Source of the DNA: Octopus sinensis | Lineage: Eukaryota | Reading direction: 5' to 3' | DNA: 64,000 nucleotides | NCBI RefSeq assembly: GCF_006345805.1 | Contig: NC_043003.1 | Span: forward strand, 78,368,001-78,432,000 | In this document: positions 26,291-39,809 of the stretch, one piece after another | How positions within the stretch are numbered: the first letter of the stretch is position 1 | Layout of the letters: each line of letters begins with the position of its first letter | Program-made: the position numbers and the translations under genes | The notes under the pieces: model-generated | What the model saw: the letters and a program-made list of their open reading frames with translations, nothing else | What the model was told of the DNA's origin: nothing | Databases searched by the model: none

Positions 26291-27278
26291 GGTAAATTGA
26301 TAGTTTCACACCAGACTCCATTTCGGTACTAAATATTTTTCCCGCCCCCTTTTTTGTTTTTGGTGCATTCGTCTTAGTTGACCTCGTAAGCTGCCGGAAA
26401 TGCATTCTTTCCGCGGAAAACGGAGGGGTGGGGCAGAACCTCGAAAATTCCCCTTTCCGACCCCATCTCCTGCGTTTTTTCTTTTCGTTGCGATCCTCTT
26501 AATTGACCTCATAATGTGTGGGAAATGCATTTTGTTCGTGGAAAACGGGGCGTGGGGGTGGAACCTAGGGCAGTCTTGTATATCTTCTGTCTCCGGATTT
26601 GTAAAGGAATCGATCCTTTACAGCCGATATGGGAGGGGGGTGTATATAATTTTGCTGCCTCAATTAAAAAAATTGATGCAGCAATTTTTTTTTTGCTTTC
26701 TGTAGCAGAGATAAACACATATCTGGCCAGGTACTGGTGCAGATAGTTTAAACGAATACCCGGCCTTTCACACGTTCCTTTAAACCTGGCCAAAAACGTT
26801 CGATGTTTTATGTGTGGTGTCAGCAAAATTTTCTTTGTAGTTTACCATTTAATGTCGATAACCCAATGTTTGCTGAGCCAGGCTTGATGTATTTTTGAAA
26901 TAGTGGAAGCAATGTCGCTTTGTCACGCTTCTGACCCGTCAGAGAAACAACACAGCGACGTTTGCTAACCCGCTCAATTCCAGCGAACAACCAAACATAA
27001 ATATTTCAATTAGAATATACAATCTGTAAGTAGGATTAATTGAATATATGCATGAGGTCAATTAAGACGATTGCAGCGAAAAGAACCCAAAAAAACACGG
27101 GGATCAGGAAGGGGAATTTCCGAGGTTCTGCCCCATCCCACCCCTCTTTTTTCCGCGGAAAGAATGCATTTCCAACAGCTTACGATGTCAACTAAGACGA
27201 CTGCGCCCCACCCTCAAATAAAACTGCGTCAAAAAAATTTAGTACCAAAATCGAGTCTGGTGTGAAACTAAATTCACC
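26291..27278 (-). mobile_element. Internally deleted Merlin (IS1595-like) transposon
   Basis: GG...CC termini, ~225-bp imperfect TIRs, TSD gagaactc/gagaattc, and a transposase remnant inside. Confidence 0.88.
26713..26935 (-). pseudogene. Merlin transposase C-terminal remnant
   Basis: Across frameshifts: KRDKATLLPLFQKYIKPGS / LGYRH*MVNYKENFAD / NIERFWPGLKERVKGR / GIRLNYLHQYLARYVF. The segment carrying the second catalytic D is missing. Confidence 0.82.
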
Positions 27279-28014
27279 GAGAATTCAAACAACGTCACGA
27301 TCAGGGAAAGAAAGAGAAGTGTAGGATACAGAAGGACAGGGGAACAGAAGATTACGACAGACTAGTGATAGAGGAGAAACAAGAAGTAGAAAAAAAAAGG
27401 CATTTTAAGTAGCGATAAGGAATAAAGGTGAGAGGTCGTGTAATTGTTGCTTATCTAAAGAGAATCGAAGGAAAGGACAAGAGAGGAAGTAAATATAAAA
27501 GCGCAGAGGAATGTCAGGTTTCAATGCTAGAATATGGAGAAAACTGATAAAAATTACAGACCGAGCGAGAACTGCTGAAGGAGGACAGGGGTGGGGAGAG
27601 AGAGAAAAAAGAGATTACAGACGAAAAAAGTGGCGGGAGGGAGGGTGGATAGTAAAGAGGACAGCCATTACTGATGTCGAAGAGGGAAGAAGTTCGACCT
27701 ATGTACATCCCCATTTTGTTGATAACTTCATCCCATCTAACTACAGTTCTCCGAAACCCTGAAAAACATCATGCACATTATCATTCCTCCTCTGATTAAT
27801 TCTTTAAAAATAAGTATATCCCTTCTTCGTGTACATGTTAGAAATCCTTAATCAAATGTTATTAGGTTGCTTTATATCTTTCTGGTCGATGAAATAAGTA
27901 CTTGTCATAAGTTTAGTCCGAGGTCAGATTTGGCCGAGCGTAAAAAGTTGTATCCTAGACCAGCTTTGATCAAGTAGACGTTTCATGTTCCAAAGTCTCT
28001 CTTTGCTCTTTTTT

Positions 28015-28255
28015 ACTCTTTTATTTCTTTCAGTCATTTGACTGCGGCTATGCTGGAGCACCGCCTTTTAGTGGAGCAAATCGACCCCCAGGACTTATTC
28101 TTTGTAAGCCTAGTACTTATTCTTTGTAAGCCTAGTACTTATTCTTTCGGTCTCTTTTACCGAACCGCTAAGTTATGGGGACGTAAACACACCAGCATCG
28201 GTTGTTAAGCGATGGTGGTGGAACAAACACAGACAAACACACACACACACACACA

Positions 28256-28301
<46 letters not shown>

Positions 28302-28311
28302 ACACACACAT

Positions 28312-28342
<31 letters not shown>

Positions 28343-28505
28343 CGACGGGCTTCTTTAAGTTTCCGTCTACCAAATCCACTCACAAGGCTTTGGTCGGCCC
28401 GAGGCTATAGTTCAAGACACTTGCCCAAGGTGTCACGCAGTGAGACTGAACCCGGAACCATGTGGTTGGGAAGCAAGCTACTTACCACACAACCACTCCT
28501 GCACC
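28015..28505 (-). mobile_element. Family-A SINE
   Basis: Full head, central (CA)n(TA)n and tail on the minus strand. The tail has an internal 22-bp duplication. Confidence 0.85.
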
Positions 28506-29366
28506 TTTTCACTTCTGACTAACTTTTCTTTCATTCAAGCACATTGTGATATTGGATTACGTTATTCCATATGTCTTTTTTTTTAAAAAAAGACTTTAGT
28601 TATGAATTGAGAGCGATTTGACTGCATTTACCGGCAGCACCATCACTCTGCTCTAGAGTACTTTCAGTGAAATACAGTATTTGGCTCAGACGTTTGGTTC
28701 GAGTCTGAGGCTAACTTCATCCTTTTCTCCCATCTATTCCGGAGGCCCACCCTCCGCTGACGAAGTCTTGAAAAAAGGTCCAGTAACTGGGTAGAGCATC
28801 GCTTGTTGGTTTGTGACAAGTGGTGGCCTGCGTCGTTGAACATCCTATCAATAAAACTCACAAAACGGGGTTATTTAGTATGGGGGAGCCCTAGTTATGT
28901 TCAAGGGTGCTACAGATTTGACCATCCCGCCCATCTACTCAACATTCGGAATCTATCTAAGTGTACAATAATTTAATGCATTCATTCTCTTTTCCATAAC
29001 GGTAAGGCGTTATTTGAGGATAATTTGACCGACATTTCTTGTGCATCGAGTAATAGTATAGCGATTCCCTCGTTTATAGAATCGATATGTATCAGTGATG
29101 TACTGCTGTCGTTTTATCGACGACATCAACTGACTAGCATGTATAGTTAGCTTTGTGACTATATCATGAAAAGCGTAATTATTCCTATGTATGTTAGCAC
29201 TAATTAGAGAGGGTGTCGACCGTTGTATTTATCAGGTGATGAGATAGGACGGTTGTCATTATTTAAAAAGAAAAAAGAAACCAAAAATATCGTACTGCAC
29301 AAAACACAATTTTATACTATGTATGTGTGTGTCAATTTTATACTGTGTATATGTATGTGGCAATGT

Positions 29367-29748
29367 GTGGAGGCGCAATGGCCCAGTGGTTAGGGCAGCG
29401 GACTCGCGGTCATAGGATCGCGGTTTCGATTCCCAGACCGGGCGTTGTGAGTGTTTATTGAGCGAAAACACCTAAAGCTCCACGAGGCTCCGGCAGGGGA
29501 TGGTGGTGATCCCTGCTGTACTCTTTCACCACAACTTTCTCTTACTTCCTGTTTCTGTTGTACCTGTATTTCAAAGGGCCGGCCTTGTCACTCTCTGTGT
29601 GACGCTGAATATCCCCGAGAACTACGTTAAGGGTACACGTGTCTGTGGAGTGCTCAGCCACTTACACGTTAATTTCACGAGCAGGCTGTTCCATTGATTC
29701 GGATCAACCGGAACCCTCGTCGTCGTAACCGACGGAGTGCTTCCATCA
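29367..29748 (+). mobile_element. tRNA-derived SINE, family C1 variant with a different 3' half
   Basis: Head tggcccagtggttagggcagcggactcgcgg...ggtttcgattccc and body gagcgaaaacacctaaagctccacg are shared with 8960-9244. Confidence 0.8.
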
Positions 29749-30466
29749 ATGTGTATGAAGCAGTGTGTTCTCTAAGGCGGCTGCAAATTAGCTAAGTCGT
29801 TAGATCGTTGAGCAAAACACTTTGTGGTATTTGTTGTTTTTCTGCGCCCTGAGTTCAAATCCTACTCAGGTCAAAATTGCCTTTTATCCTTTTTTTGGGG
29901 GGGGGGGGCAGATAAAATAAAGTACCATTCAAGAGTAGTGGAATGACGGAACTGTCAACGTGTGGGACAATCCTGTATTTGTTCCAGCTCTTCACCTAAT
30001 TTTTGGGGCAATTGACTTCATCTGTCATCCGTTTAACAATACAATCTGATCCTTAGGGACACGTTTAGTGGAATCTGCTCTGTAGGAAGCATTCGGGTCA
30101 GGCTTCCACTCTGAACATAAACTCCTCCCTTCTCACTTCCTCCCAACCGGCTTACAAACACTGAAAAAGATGTGTTGTGGACATTGCTTTACTCTCTTCC
30201 TCTTTCTCACTCTTTATCACACCCCACTCTCTCTATGATTAAACACTGAAAAAATCTAAAGCATAACAAAGAAAAACTTAGATGCAGGGTGGTTTTAGTC
30301 AATGGACTCCAGCCATACTGGAACAACAGGTTTAGTTTTAATGGATCGTATTGATCGTATTGATACCAGTAATTATTTCGGTCTGATAATTAGTCCATAG
30401 ATCACTATTTATCACACAACTAAGTTACTTTTTTGAAACAACGCCAGTCTTTATACAGACACAGAC

Positions 30467-30504
<38 letters not shown>

Positions 30505-31332
30505 CGCGTGCATACGTGCAAGTGTGTGTGTGTGACTGTGTGTGTATATGTGCAATTGTGTATGTATGTGTGATTGTGTTTGTGGTGTGCTTGTGTTCAT
30601 GTGTGTGTGTGTGTGTATGTGTGTGTGCGCGCACGTGTGTAACTCTTTTGTAAGGCTTGCTTAGTTTATATTCTGCTGTTATGTTAAGTGGCTGGCGCCA
30701 TAGAAACGAATATCTTGTAAGATACTTCCACAGAAATTACTTTTATAAACAATTTGTATATATATATATATAAATGCAGACGTCTACCTAAATGTTGGGT
30801 TGAGACATGGGAAATACAGCAGAAGTTCTACTATCGTATTACACACAGGATCATGCAGGAATATGTTATTAAGAAATTCATTCCGTAACGACATGGTTCC
30901 GGGATCGATCTCATTGCGTGGCGCCTTGAGTAAGTGTCTTCTTCAGTAGCTTAATATTGGTCGATGCCTTGTGAAGAAAATTTCGTAGACGGAAAATACA
31001 AAGAAGCCGATCCTATACCTCCAGCAATTCCAGCTAATCATCTACACCTGGATATATTCCTGCAAGAAATAACTCTTTACTTGAATGAGCTATGATGTCC
31101 AAAGAATGATAGTAAAATAAAATACCATTTAAAGTCTTTTCCAGGCAGTGCTATTAAGTTCGTCACGGCCTGGACTTATGTAAGTATCTGAGTATGTGTA
31201 CGCACACGTGTCTGTGTATGTTTGTGCGTATATATATATTAAATTCAAATTACGATGAGCGTAAACAAACAAACGAAGTTTGCTTTCGAAGCGTTGAGAT
31301 GTCTTAGAAAGTTAAAGAAGTGGTTTTAAATT

Positions 31333-31455
31333 CTCAAACGCAGGATAATGCTAATAATATATCCTGAACATAGCCGGCCACCAATACTTTTTTCTGCAAA
31401 ATGGGGGTAGCTTATCCTGTTCAGGCTATGTTATTAGCACTATCCTGCGTTTGAG
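31333..31455. repeat. Small inverted repeat, possible MITE (38-bp arms)
   Basis: ctcaaacgcaggataatgctaataa...cctgaaca versus tgttcagg...ttattagcactatcctgcgtttgag. Confidence 0.55.
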
Positions 31456-32324
31456 TGTATATATATATACACTTGTGCTAAAAATTGAAGCCGATATTTT
31501 TGTGAATTCTAAAGTTTAGAAGGAATTTAATGCATTACAGTGAAAATAATTTTTCCTTATTTAGGTATATTGTTGCCTTGGCGTAGCTAAATTAATAAAT
31601 AACACTAATTATGTTAGTTGTAACTATAATATGAATTGTGATTACTACAATAGAAGTAATTACTCTTTGCAAAGAGATTGCCTAATTAAGGATATAGTTC
31701 ATACATGTACTGTTAGCACCTTCACAATTAGTAAATGTCATATAGCTATAAAGAGTTAAGGCCTGATATCGCACACACAATCATTCATTTAAAACCCTCG
31801 CGAGAAAGAATATGATACCACTTTTGGCATATATCGTAACCTGAAAGATCTAAATATTCATAATGTCCATTGGGAGATTTTAGCAAATCTTATGATGGTA
31901 ATATAAGGTCTTGTCAAAAAAGAAATAGATATTTTGGGGCGAGGGTTCGGTCATGTGTAAGAATATCAGCATGTAAGCATAAGACGTATAAAATTTAAAC
32001 AGCATGTGTACATAAGACTTAAAATTTACAGAGCGTGAGCGTACTCAAATGGATAATATTTATATATTATTTAGATTCTCCTCATAGGAACTATAAATAT
32101 ATGGGATAAAGAAGCCTGGACTTGAGTCAGTTTTACGTTTAGAATCTTGTATATTGATGTTCGTATAAAATACATGAGAGTAATATCTCTATAATTGTAT
32201 ATTTAGGTTCAAGTATGAAAGTATTCATACACACTTATATTTATGTGGATGAATGAGCTTACGTAAAAATTGCGTATACATGCTTGTATGGAACTATATG
32301 AATCAACGTAAGTATATAGTATTC

Positions 32325-32915
32325 TTTTATTCTTTTATATGTTTCATCCTTGAGGCTGTGGCCATGCTGGAGCACCGCCAGTGTAATCACCTTTTAATTG
32401 GCCAATTCTATGGGTTTGGCTTTTGGTGTAGGAGAGAGTTCGATACCGCTGCCTTGATATTGGTTCATCTGGGGATCTTGGATAGCAAGAGGCCAAGTTG
32501 TTTCTTGATACCATCTATTCGCCCTCCATGGAGATACCTCAGATGTTTTGGCAAGGAGTTAAATAGCAGTGGGCCCTTGAATCCCAAGCTATTGCAGTAC
32601 ATGGTCCTCGCCTTAGATGACACAGCTGGGACTTTTGGAACAGTGCAGTGACGCCCATTTCGAGGTCTGGTATAACTCTCAATTCCAAAGTTTGGTGCCA
32701 GCCCCTCCAGTATCTTCCACACATACATCACAGCATACCTCTCCTGTCTTCGCTCCAGGGAGTAGAGTCGTAGCTCTTTCAATCTCTTCCAGTAGCTTAG
32801 GTCTTCCGTTGATGCAATCTTCCTTGTGTAGTATCGCTGAACCGCCTCAAGTTCTGCTATTAATCCTACAGTGTAAGGTGACCACAGTTAAGAGCAGTAG
32901 CCCAGATGGTTGAGG
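32325..32915 (-). mobile_element. 5'-truncated CR1/L2-group LINE 3' end
   Basis: HLGYCS*LWSP...ELEAVQRYYTRKI...YWKRLKELRLYSLERRQERY..WKILEGLAPN...LFNSLP. The UTR ends ggcggtgctccagcatggccacagcc...taaaagaataaaag. Confidence 0.85.
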
Positions 32916-32924
32916 ACAAATTTT

Positions 32925-33870
32925 GGCACAAGGCCAGCGTTTTCTTTCTTTTTTTTTCTTTTTGGTGAGGGCGGGGGTAAGTCGATTACAACGATCCAAG
33001 TGCTCAACTGGTGCTAATTTTATCGACTCCGAAAGGATAAAAGGCAAAGTCGTCCTGAGAGGAATTTGAAATCAAAACGTAAAGACGGAGGAAATGGCAT
33101 TAAGCATTTTGTCCGGCGTGTTAACGGTTCCGCCAGCTCACTGCCTTAAACTGTGATAAAATATTAGAAATAAATTTGTTCTTTTTTTTTACCAACCACC
33201 AGTGGGGCATACATTTTTCTGGAAAGTTATAGTAACGCCTAGGGGAAAATAAATCGAGAAAATATAATCTACATAGTGTTCTGCTTGAATTTCTGGTTTC
33301 CATGACTTTTGATTAACAAATCTCCCTCCTGCGCCAACTCCTCTCTCTCTGATATAACGCAACCACGGGCTTGTTTAAACAATTTTGTTTTGATATTTTA
33401 GTAAGAATCCATAGCAGTTCAGAACAATGACGTTCTAAATTCCATCATCAGCGTTTTTAGACCTTCACAGTCTCATCTCCGATAGGATGGGTATTATCAG
33501 AAATTGTAACTGCTTCTTGATGGAAGATAAATATGATTTATGTGATGTGATGTAATTATTGCCAGATTTTGTTTAAATTTTAGAGAAACATTTGACGAAA
33601 CTTCAACAAAAAAAGGTGAGGGAAGCTAAAAGTAGGACATAATCATGTTTTCTTTGCAATATATCTAAAAGAATCGTTAGCGTGCCACGCAGGATGCTTA
33701 GTGGCATTTCATCTGTCGTTACGTTCTGAGCTCAAATTCCACCGAGGTCGACTTTGCTTTTCATCCTTTCGGGATCGATAAAATAAATACCAGCTGAGCA
33801 CTGGAGTCGAGGTAATCGATTTACACCCGACCCCAAAATTGCTGGCCTTGTGCCAAAATTTGAAAACAAT
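32925..33870. mobile_element. Two family-B SINEs (32925-33147 -, 33670-33870 +)
   Basis: Family-B motifs. Confidence 0.7.
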
Positions 33871-34695
33871 AATATTTAGAAAGCTTCTTCTTCCCTATCG
33901 ATAACTGTTATTGTCTGTTTTTATGTTTAGTCATAAAAAAAAAACAATCTCACATTAACCTGGGGTGGGGGTTACTGTATACATTTGTAGAGTACAAGTT
34001 TATTCTTAAACAAGAATGTTGTTAACAGTGACTTCGAAGTTTGGGCAAACAACATTTTTCTTTAAGAATAAACACACACACACACACACACATATGCATA
34101 TGTGTGTGTGTGTGAATGTGTATGTACATGTGTGTGTCTCTCTATATATATATAGACACACACACACATACATACATAAATATGTGTGCATGCATTTATA
34201 TAAGGATGTATGTAATAGAATTTCTGCCGCATTTCGCGTCTTTCAATTCTATATCTAGTTAGACAGAAGCACATTTTTTACCACTTGATATATCTTAAAT
34301 GTTTATAAACCAAAGTTCGGGGGAAATATCTTAACATGTATTCGTCTTTATGGCGCCAACTACTTAACACATCATTAGAATATAAATGTTTGCAGCTTTT
34401 AGTCTAGCAGACAAAAGAATTTTACTGATATCTACACACATACATACATAGATAGATATATACATACATAGATATATACATACATACATACATACATACA
34501 TAAATACATTTATATACATATACATACGTACATACATACATATATATACACACACACACATATATGTATATATATGTATTTGTGTGTGTGTATATATATA
34601 CGTGTGTGTGTATGTGCCTGAGTGTGTACAGTGTGTGTGTGTGTGTGTGTGTGCGTGCGTTAAAGCACTGAGTTTCGGTGGAACAAATCATCAGC

Positions 34696-34958
34696 TTTGA
34701 ATGAATAAACTCTCCTTGTACACAAACACACACACACACACGTATGCATACAAATAACAAAACATATCTGATATATTTCTGCTTTTTAACAGTACACCTG
34801 TATAAGATAGGCATTCCCGAGACAAACATTGCAGTTTACAAGGCTTTCAATGATGTATCTGCCTTATCTGCTTTAAGTATGATACACAGAGCGCTCTCAC
34901 TTTCTCGTTCTCTTTATCCATCCATCCATCGATCCATCGATCCATCAATCCATCTATC

Positions 34959-35016
<58 letters not shown>

Positions 35017-36557
35017 CACGATGTTATATTCGCAAATATTTCTCCTAACAAAGAGCAAAATAATCTTATGTTTGAATTTAAGTGAACTTAACTCAGTACA
35101 TTTGATAGAACACATTAACATTGCTGTCACGATGCTATCATAGGTTTATAAACATACCGTTTTAAACCCTATAAAATAAGGATAAATACACTTAGGTTTC
35201 TCGACAGCCCAGCGTCTCCATATTACCTTCAACCTTTAAGGTAAAAATATGAATGAAAGAATTTCGAGTACATCTTCGAACAAAATAACTTTTGATAGTG
35301 TTACTGGTTGCTAGAGTTTTAGAAAATAATGATTTCAAAGAAAGAAGTAGATTTATAACGAAATAATTGCACCATGTGAGCAAAGGAAATATCCAGGTGC
35401 GAGCCTTTATTGTGTGGTTAACAAACCTATTTTGCGACCACGTGGTTTCAGTTTCACTCCCTCCGCGCAGTACCTATATCAATCGTCTTCTAGTATAGCC
35501 CCAGGCGGATCAATACCTTGTGAGTGAATTTGGTGGACAGAAACTGAGTGGAAGCCCGTTGTATATACATGTGCATATGTGTGTGCGCGCGCGTGTGTGT
35601 GAGCTCATGTTTGTCACCCTCTCCCATCGCTTGACAACCAGTGTCGGTTTGCCTACGCCCCCGTAACTTAGCAGTTCAGTAAAAGGAACTGATAGACTAA
35701 ATACCAGACCTTAACCAAAAGTACTGAGATCGATTTGTTCGACTAAACCCTTCAAGGCAACGCTCCAGCATGGCCGCAATACAATTATGCATTATGCAAT
35801 CCTTGTTTGAAACACGCCAAACCATATATAGATTGATGCGACGGGACTTTTTAAGAGTAGCTATGGCGAAAATCTTTTCAATTAGGAAGAGAAACGCCTC
35901 AGCATTATCTAGTTCAGTATGACAACGAAATCTCACGGTCCATCTTAACCCATTAAAACAAAAATGTATAATAATAAACTTCTGTAATCTCTGTAATGAA
36001 GAGAAAGTCCACATTTCATTTAAATTAATAGGCATCTCAAACAAAAGAACTGAGTTAATCTGTAAATGTTACCATGAGGATAAATCCTATTTCTATAGCT
36101 GCACCTGAACGCGCAAAACGGATTAAGGGGAAAAAGTACATTGTCGCTCCTCCGTAAATATAAATCAAATCTCCCTCAAATCACATCCTAATGTCTTAAA
36201 TAAAGAAGGGACATTGGATACTGCAGACCTAGATCAAAGCTAAAAAGACCGGATGTACATGACTGTGCTGGGCTGGAGTTGGCTTTGGGATAAACAATAA
36301 TTATATCATCATCAACAACAATTTTTTGAATGAATAAACTCTCCTTGTACACACACACACACACACGCACACACACACACACACACACGCACACACACAC
36401 ACACACGCACACACACACACACACGCACACACACACATACGCATGCATACAAATAAAAAACATATCTGATATATTTCTGCTTTTTAACAGTACACCTGTA
36501 TAAGATAGGCGTTCCCGAGACAAATATTGCAGTTTACAAGGCTTTCAATGATGTATC
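34696..36557 (+). repeat. Local direct duplication (34696-34859 and 36325-36557)
   Basis: Near-identical ttgaatgaataaactctccttgtac-(CA)n-...aaggctttcaatgatgtatc in both copies. Confidence 0.85.
35393..35790 (+). mobile_element. Family-A SINE (diverged)
   Basis: Head, central (TG)n and tail caaggcaacgctccagcatggccgca. Confidence 0.75.
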
Positions 36558-36844
36558 ATGCTGATGATTGTCTCATTGAACAGTCTTTTATTGCAAGCAC
36601 TCTAGGATGTCTGTGAAGAAAGCAGTAGCAGTAGCAGCAATGATAACAGCAGCAGCAGCCGTTTAAGAATTTGGACCTGGATATCTCCATTTCCAGCGAC
36701 TTCGAGGGCCACCTCCCAGTGGTGTCGGGCGTCAACGAAGAGCCCTCGACTACAAGACGACCAAAGTTTTTTTTCCAAGGTCTGTGGTCTCCCGCCCCTA
36801 AGCCCTAGACCATCATATAATCACCCTTACCCGTCTTGTTGCTT

Positions 36845-36900
<56 letters not shown>

Positions 36901-36954
36901 AAGCAGCAGCAGCAGCAGCAACAACAACAACGAGTTACAGTAAGTGACTTTCTT

Positions 36955-37900
36955 TTTTTCCTTTTTTTTTGGGATCATAGGATTATGCTCAAGGTGGCTT
37001 CGTCATTCACACACACTTCACACACTACATTCATCCATCTTTTTTTGAAACATTCACTAGACAAAACTCCCCTCTCTTCTCTCACCTTCTTCTTTAAGTG
37101 ATACTTGAAGAAGTTGATGAGAGATTGACCAGAGAGGAAAGTGTTTGTCTCTAGACCTTTCAGGCGCGTTCACCATACAAATTCTTTCGCCATAGCCACA
37201 AGTACGATGAAAATGGCTCTTCCTTCCCGTTTCAAGGAAGGAGGCGCGACAGTATTCATGATAGACACGGTTTACAAACTGACTTGTCCCACACAGGATA
37301 GCAGTCATTCGAAACCGTTCTACACTGTACGAGTGCGTGTAGAACGGTTTCGTCGCTCTGACCACATTTCGGGCAGGTCGGATCTGTGTTTCTCGAGCCA
37401 TGCCTGTAGAGCTTGTCCCGAACAGATAGCACTTCTCGATAGCACTGCCAGGGATCTCTGGAAGTTGTCCATAGGTCCCAGCCCGAAAGTCGTCTCGAAC
37501 AAGCGGGTCAGGTATTCCTCGTCGACACCCAGGTTCGCTCCGAAATCGTCGTCGTACCTCCCCTTCACTAATGACGGAAGCGATGTACGCGTTCACCACC
37601 TCCACCCGACCTTTTAAGGACAGCTTCCTCTCGGCCCATTGCCGGGCGAGAGTGACCACCCTACTCGTTATCTCGTCCTAGTTCTTTTCCGTTTGGAGGT
37701 CCGGACCAAACCAGACCCCGAGCAACTCGACCGGACCGTCGGTCCAGCGTCTCAGGACGGAGACGCTAGTGGACGGTGGTCATGGATGGACAGTTGTCAG
37801 ATGGAGGTTGTCATGGATGCTCCGGCTCGGCACCGCGCACGTTTGCCCCTTTTCGACCAATTTCTCGATGACAAGTGCCAACCTCTTGGTTAACACCTTG
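36955..37900 (-). mobile_element. Tx1/L1-clade LINE fragment with internal deletion
   Basis: LGVWFGPDL..KN*..VVTLARQWAERKLSLKGRVEVVN joined to the C-terminal zinc knuckle CPKCGQSDETVLHALVQC (37322-37375). An A-rich tail lies near 36960. Confidence 0.85.
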
Positions 37901-37929
37901 GCCAAAATTTTAAGTCTGCATTGAGCAGA

Positions 37930-38251
37930 GTGATGGGCCTAAAGTTATCTATTACGTCACCCCTTGTTTGGGTCTTTCTTCAGCAGTGACAAACGAAATA
38001 TACACCGCCGATAGTTGTTATTGACAAACAACGGCAGTAATTTTATTCAGCTGAATACACGTCATTGATTGGTTGAAATTACCGAAATGCGACAACTTTA
38101 ACAAAAAATAACTTCTAAAATACAGAATTTTCTCAACAACGCCAAGAGTAAAAGATGCTTTATGTGACACATTCTACAAGTATACGAAGTTTGAAAGTGC
38201 TTAGTTACAAAAAATTATTTTTTAAATCTGTCGGTCAAAAGGTAAAGATCC
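37930..38251. mobile_element. Right end of a MITE related to 24064-24950
   Basis: Shares gacacattctac.agtatacgaagttt and ends ...aaagatcc. Confidence 0.5.
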
Positions 38252-38291
38252 CATGGAAATCAGTAGGAAAATAGATTTCTCTTTTTACAGA

Positions 38292-38321
38292 ATTCGACGT
38301 TTCGTCAAGATTTTCAGGAAT
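38292..38321 (-). ncRNA. Degenerate minimal hammerhead-like motif
   Basis: ATTC-CTGAAAA-tcttgac-GAAAC-GTC-GAAT. Stem I is perfect, G8 is changed to A, and stem II is collapsed. Confidence 0.35.
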
Positions 38322-38374
38322 GAAGGATTCCATATCACGGGGGATATCACGGAACAGAATGCCTTTTATTGGAC

Positions 38375-38614
38375 GCATACATACATACATACATACATAC
38401 ATACATACATACATACATACATACATACATACATACGTACGTACATACATACATACATACATACATACATTCATACATACATACATACATGCATACATAC
38501 ATACATACATTCATACATACATTCATAAATACATACATGCACTCACATGTATGCATACCTACCTACCTACCTACCTACCTACCTACCTACTACCTACCTA
38601 CATACATACATATA

Positions 38615-38645
<31 letters not shown>
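38375..38645. repeat. (CATA)n/(CCTA)n microsatellite
   Basis: Direct reading. Confidence 0.95.
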
Positions 38646-39019
38646 GGTGGTCGCCGTGAACTCTATTTCGAACACAAGCACTTTCTCACTGTAGACATAA
38701 CTTTTTTGCCGTACTCCTCAGTGACTACCGCACCCAGACTTTGTTCCTTGTTTTAAATATTTTTATAACAAATGTGGCACAGACTTCTATCAAAAACCTC
38801 ATCAACGGTAGCTCTGTCCTTGTGCATTCGCCCAAAATAGATATTCAACCAAACAGTAGATAAGAAAGCTTTTGAATATAAAGTATAGCAACGCAGTCTT
38901 CCTGTTGGGCTAATGGACATGCTAGTTTCCTGTCATGTGACATTCCATAGGTTTCAGGACAGGTTTTGAAAAAAATGTTATGTTACAACAGAAAGTACAA
39001 GTGAACTCACCTTTACACC

Positions 39020-39372
39020 CACAAACATACAGAACTTAAGAGCCTGCGATTGCAGCCATTGTGTCGATTAGTTGATAGGTATTTTTACCCCACCGGTAAA
39101 ATTTCCACTTATTTCTTATTTTTATTTTCCTAAAATTTTCGGTGCGTCTTGCAACCTTTTCAATAGTCTTGACTCTCAATGTCATCCAAGAGAAAGGCAA
39201 AGGCCGATACAGCTTGGCATGAGTGATGTCGCAACTCATTTCTACAGCTGAGTGAACTGGAGCAACATGAAATAAAGTGTCTTGCTCAAGAATACAATAC
39301 GCAGCCCGGTACGGGATTCCAACTCACAACCACACAGTCGTAAGATCGACGCTCTAACCACTGAGCCATGAA
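39020..39372 (-). mobile_element. Family-C2 SINE
   Basis: Minus-strand head tggctcagtggttagagcgtcgatc...gttggaatccc and body cttgagcaagacactt. Confidence 0.75.
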
Positions 39373-39764
39373 TAATATATAGTTTATTGACTAATTTTTC
39401 TACACGCTAGGCCACTAGTAGTAAAATGTTCTAAAATTTTTTCTTACCCTAATACTATATATATATATATAAATATATACGTATCGCCACCGTGGGCCAC
39501 TGCATCGAACACTTTGAACATATACTTCAAACTATATATCAATTATACATGAACTATATATCAACTATACATGAACTCTAAGATGTCTGACTCCGTTGTG
39601 TATTATAAATGAATTTCTTGTGTTTGACGGCATGAGCTGTCTTTTTTTATATATAACTTTTTTTGATAAAGTTCATTTCAGGAACTGAAACATGTTATAA
39701 TGTATATATATAAAAATTAAAAATTGTATAATACAGCAGCATTTTCGAACTTCATTTTTTACAA

Positions 39765-39809
<45 letters not shown>

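Noticed and set aside
37141-37893. Plus-strand ORFs of 158 and 84 aa
   Set aside because: They are antisense shadows of the GC-rich Tx1-like LINE.
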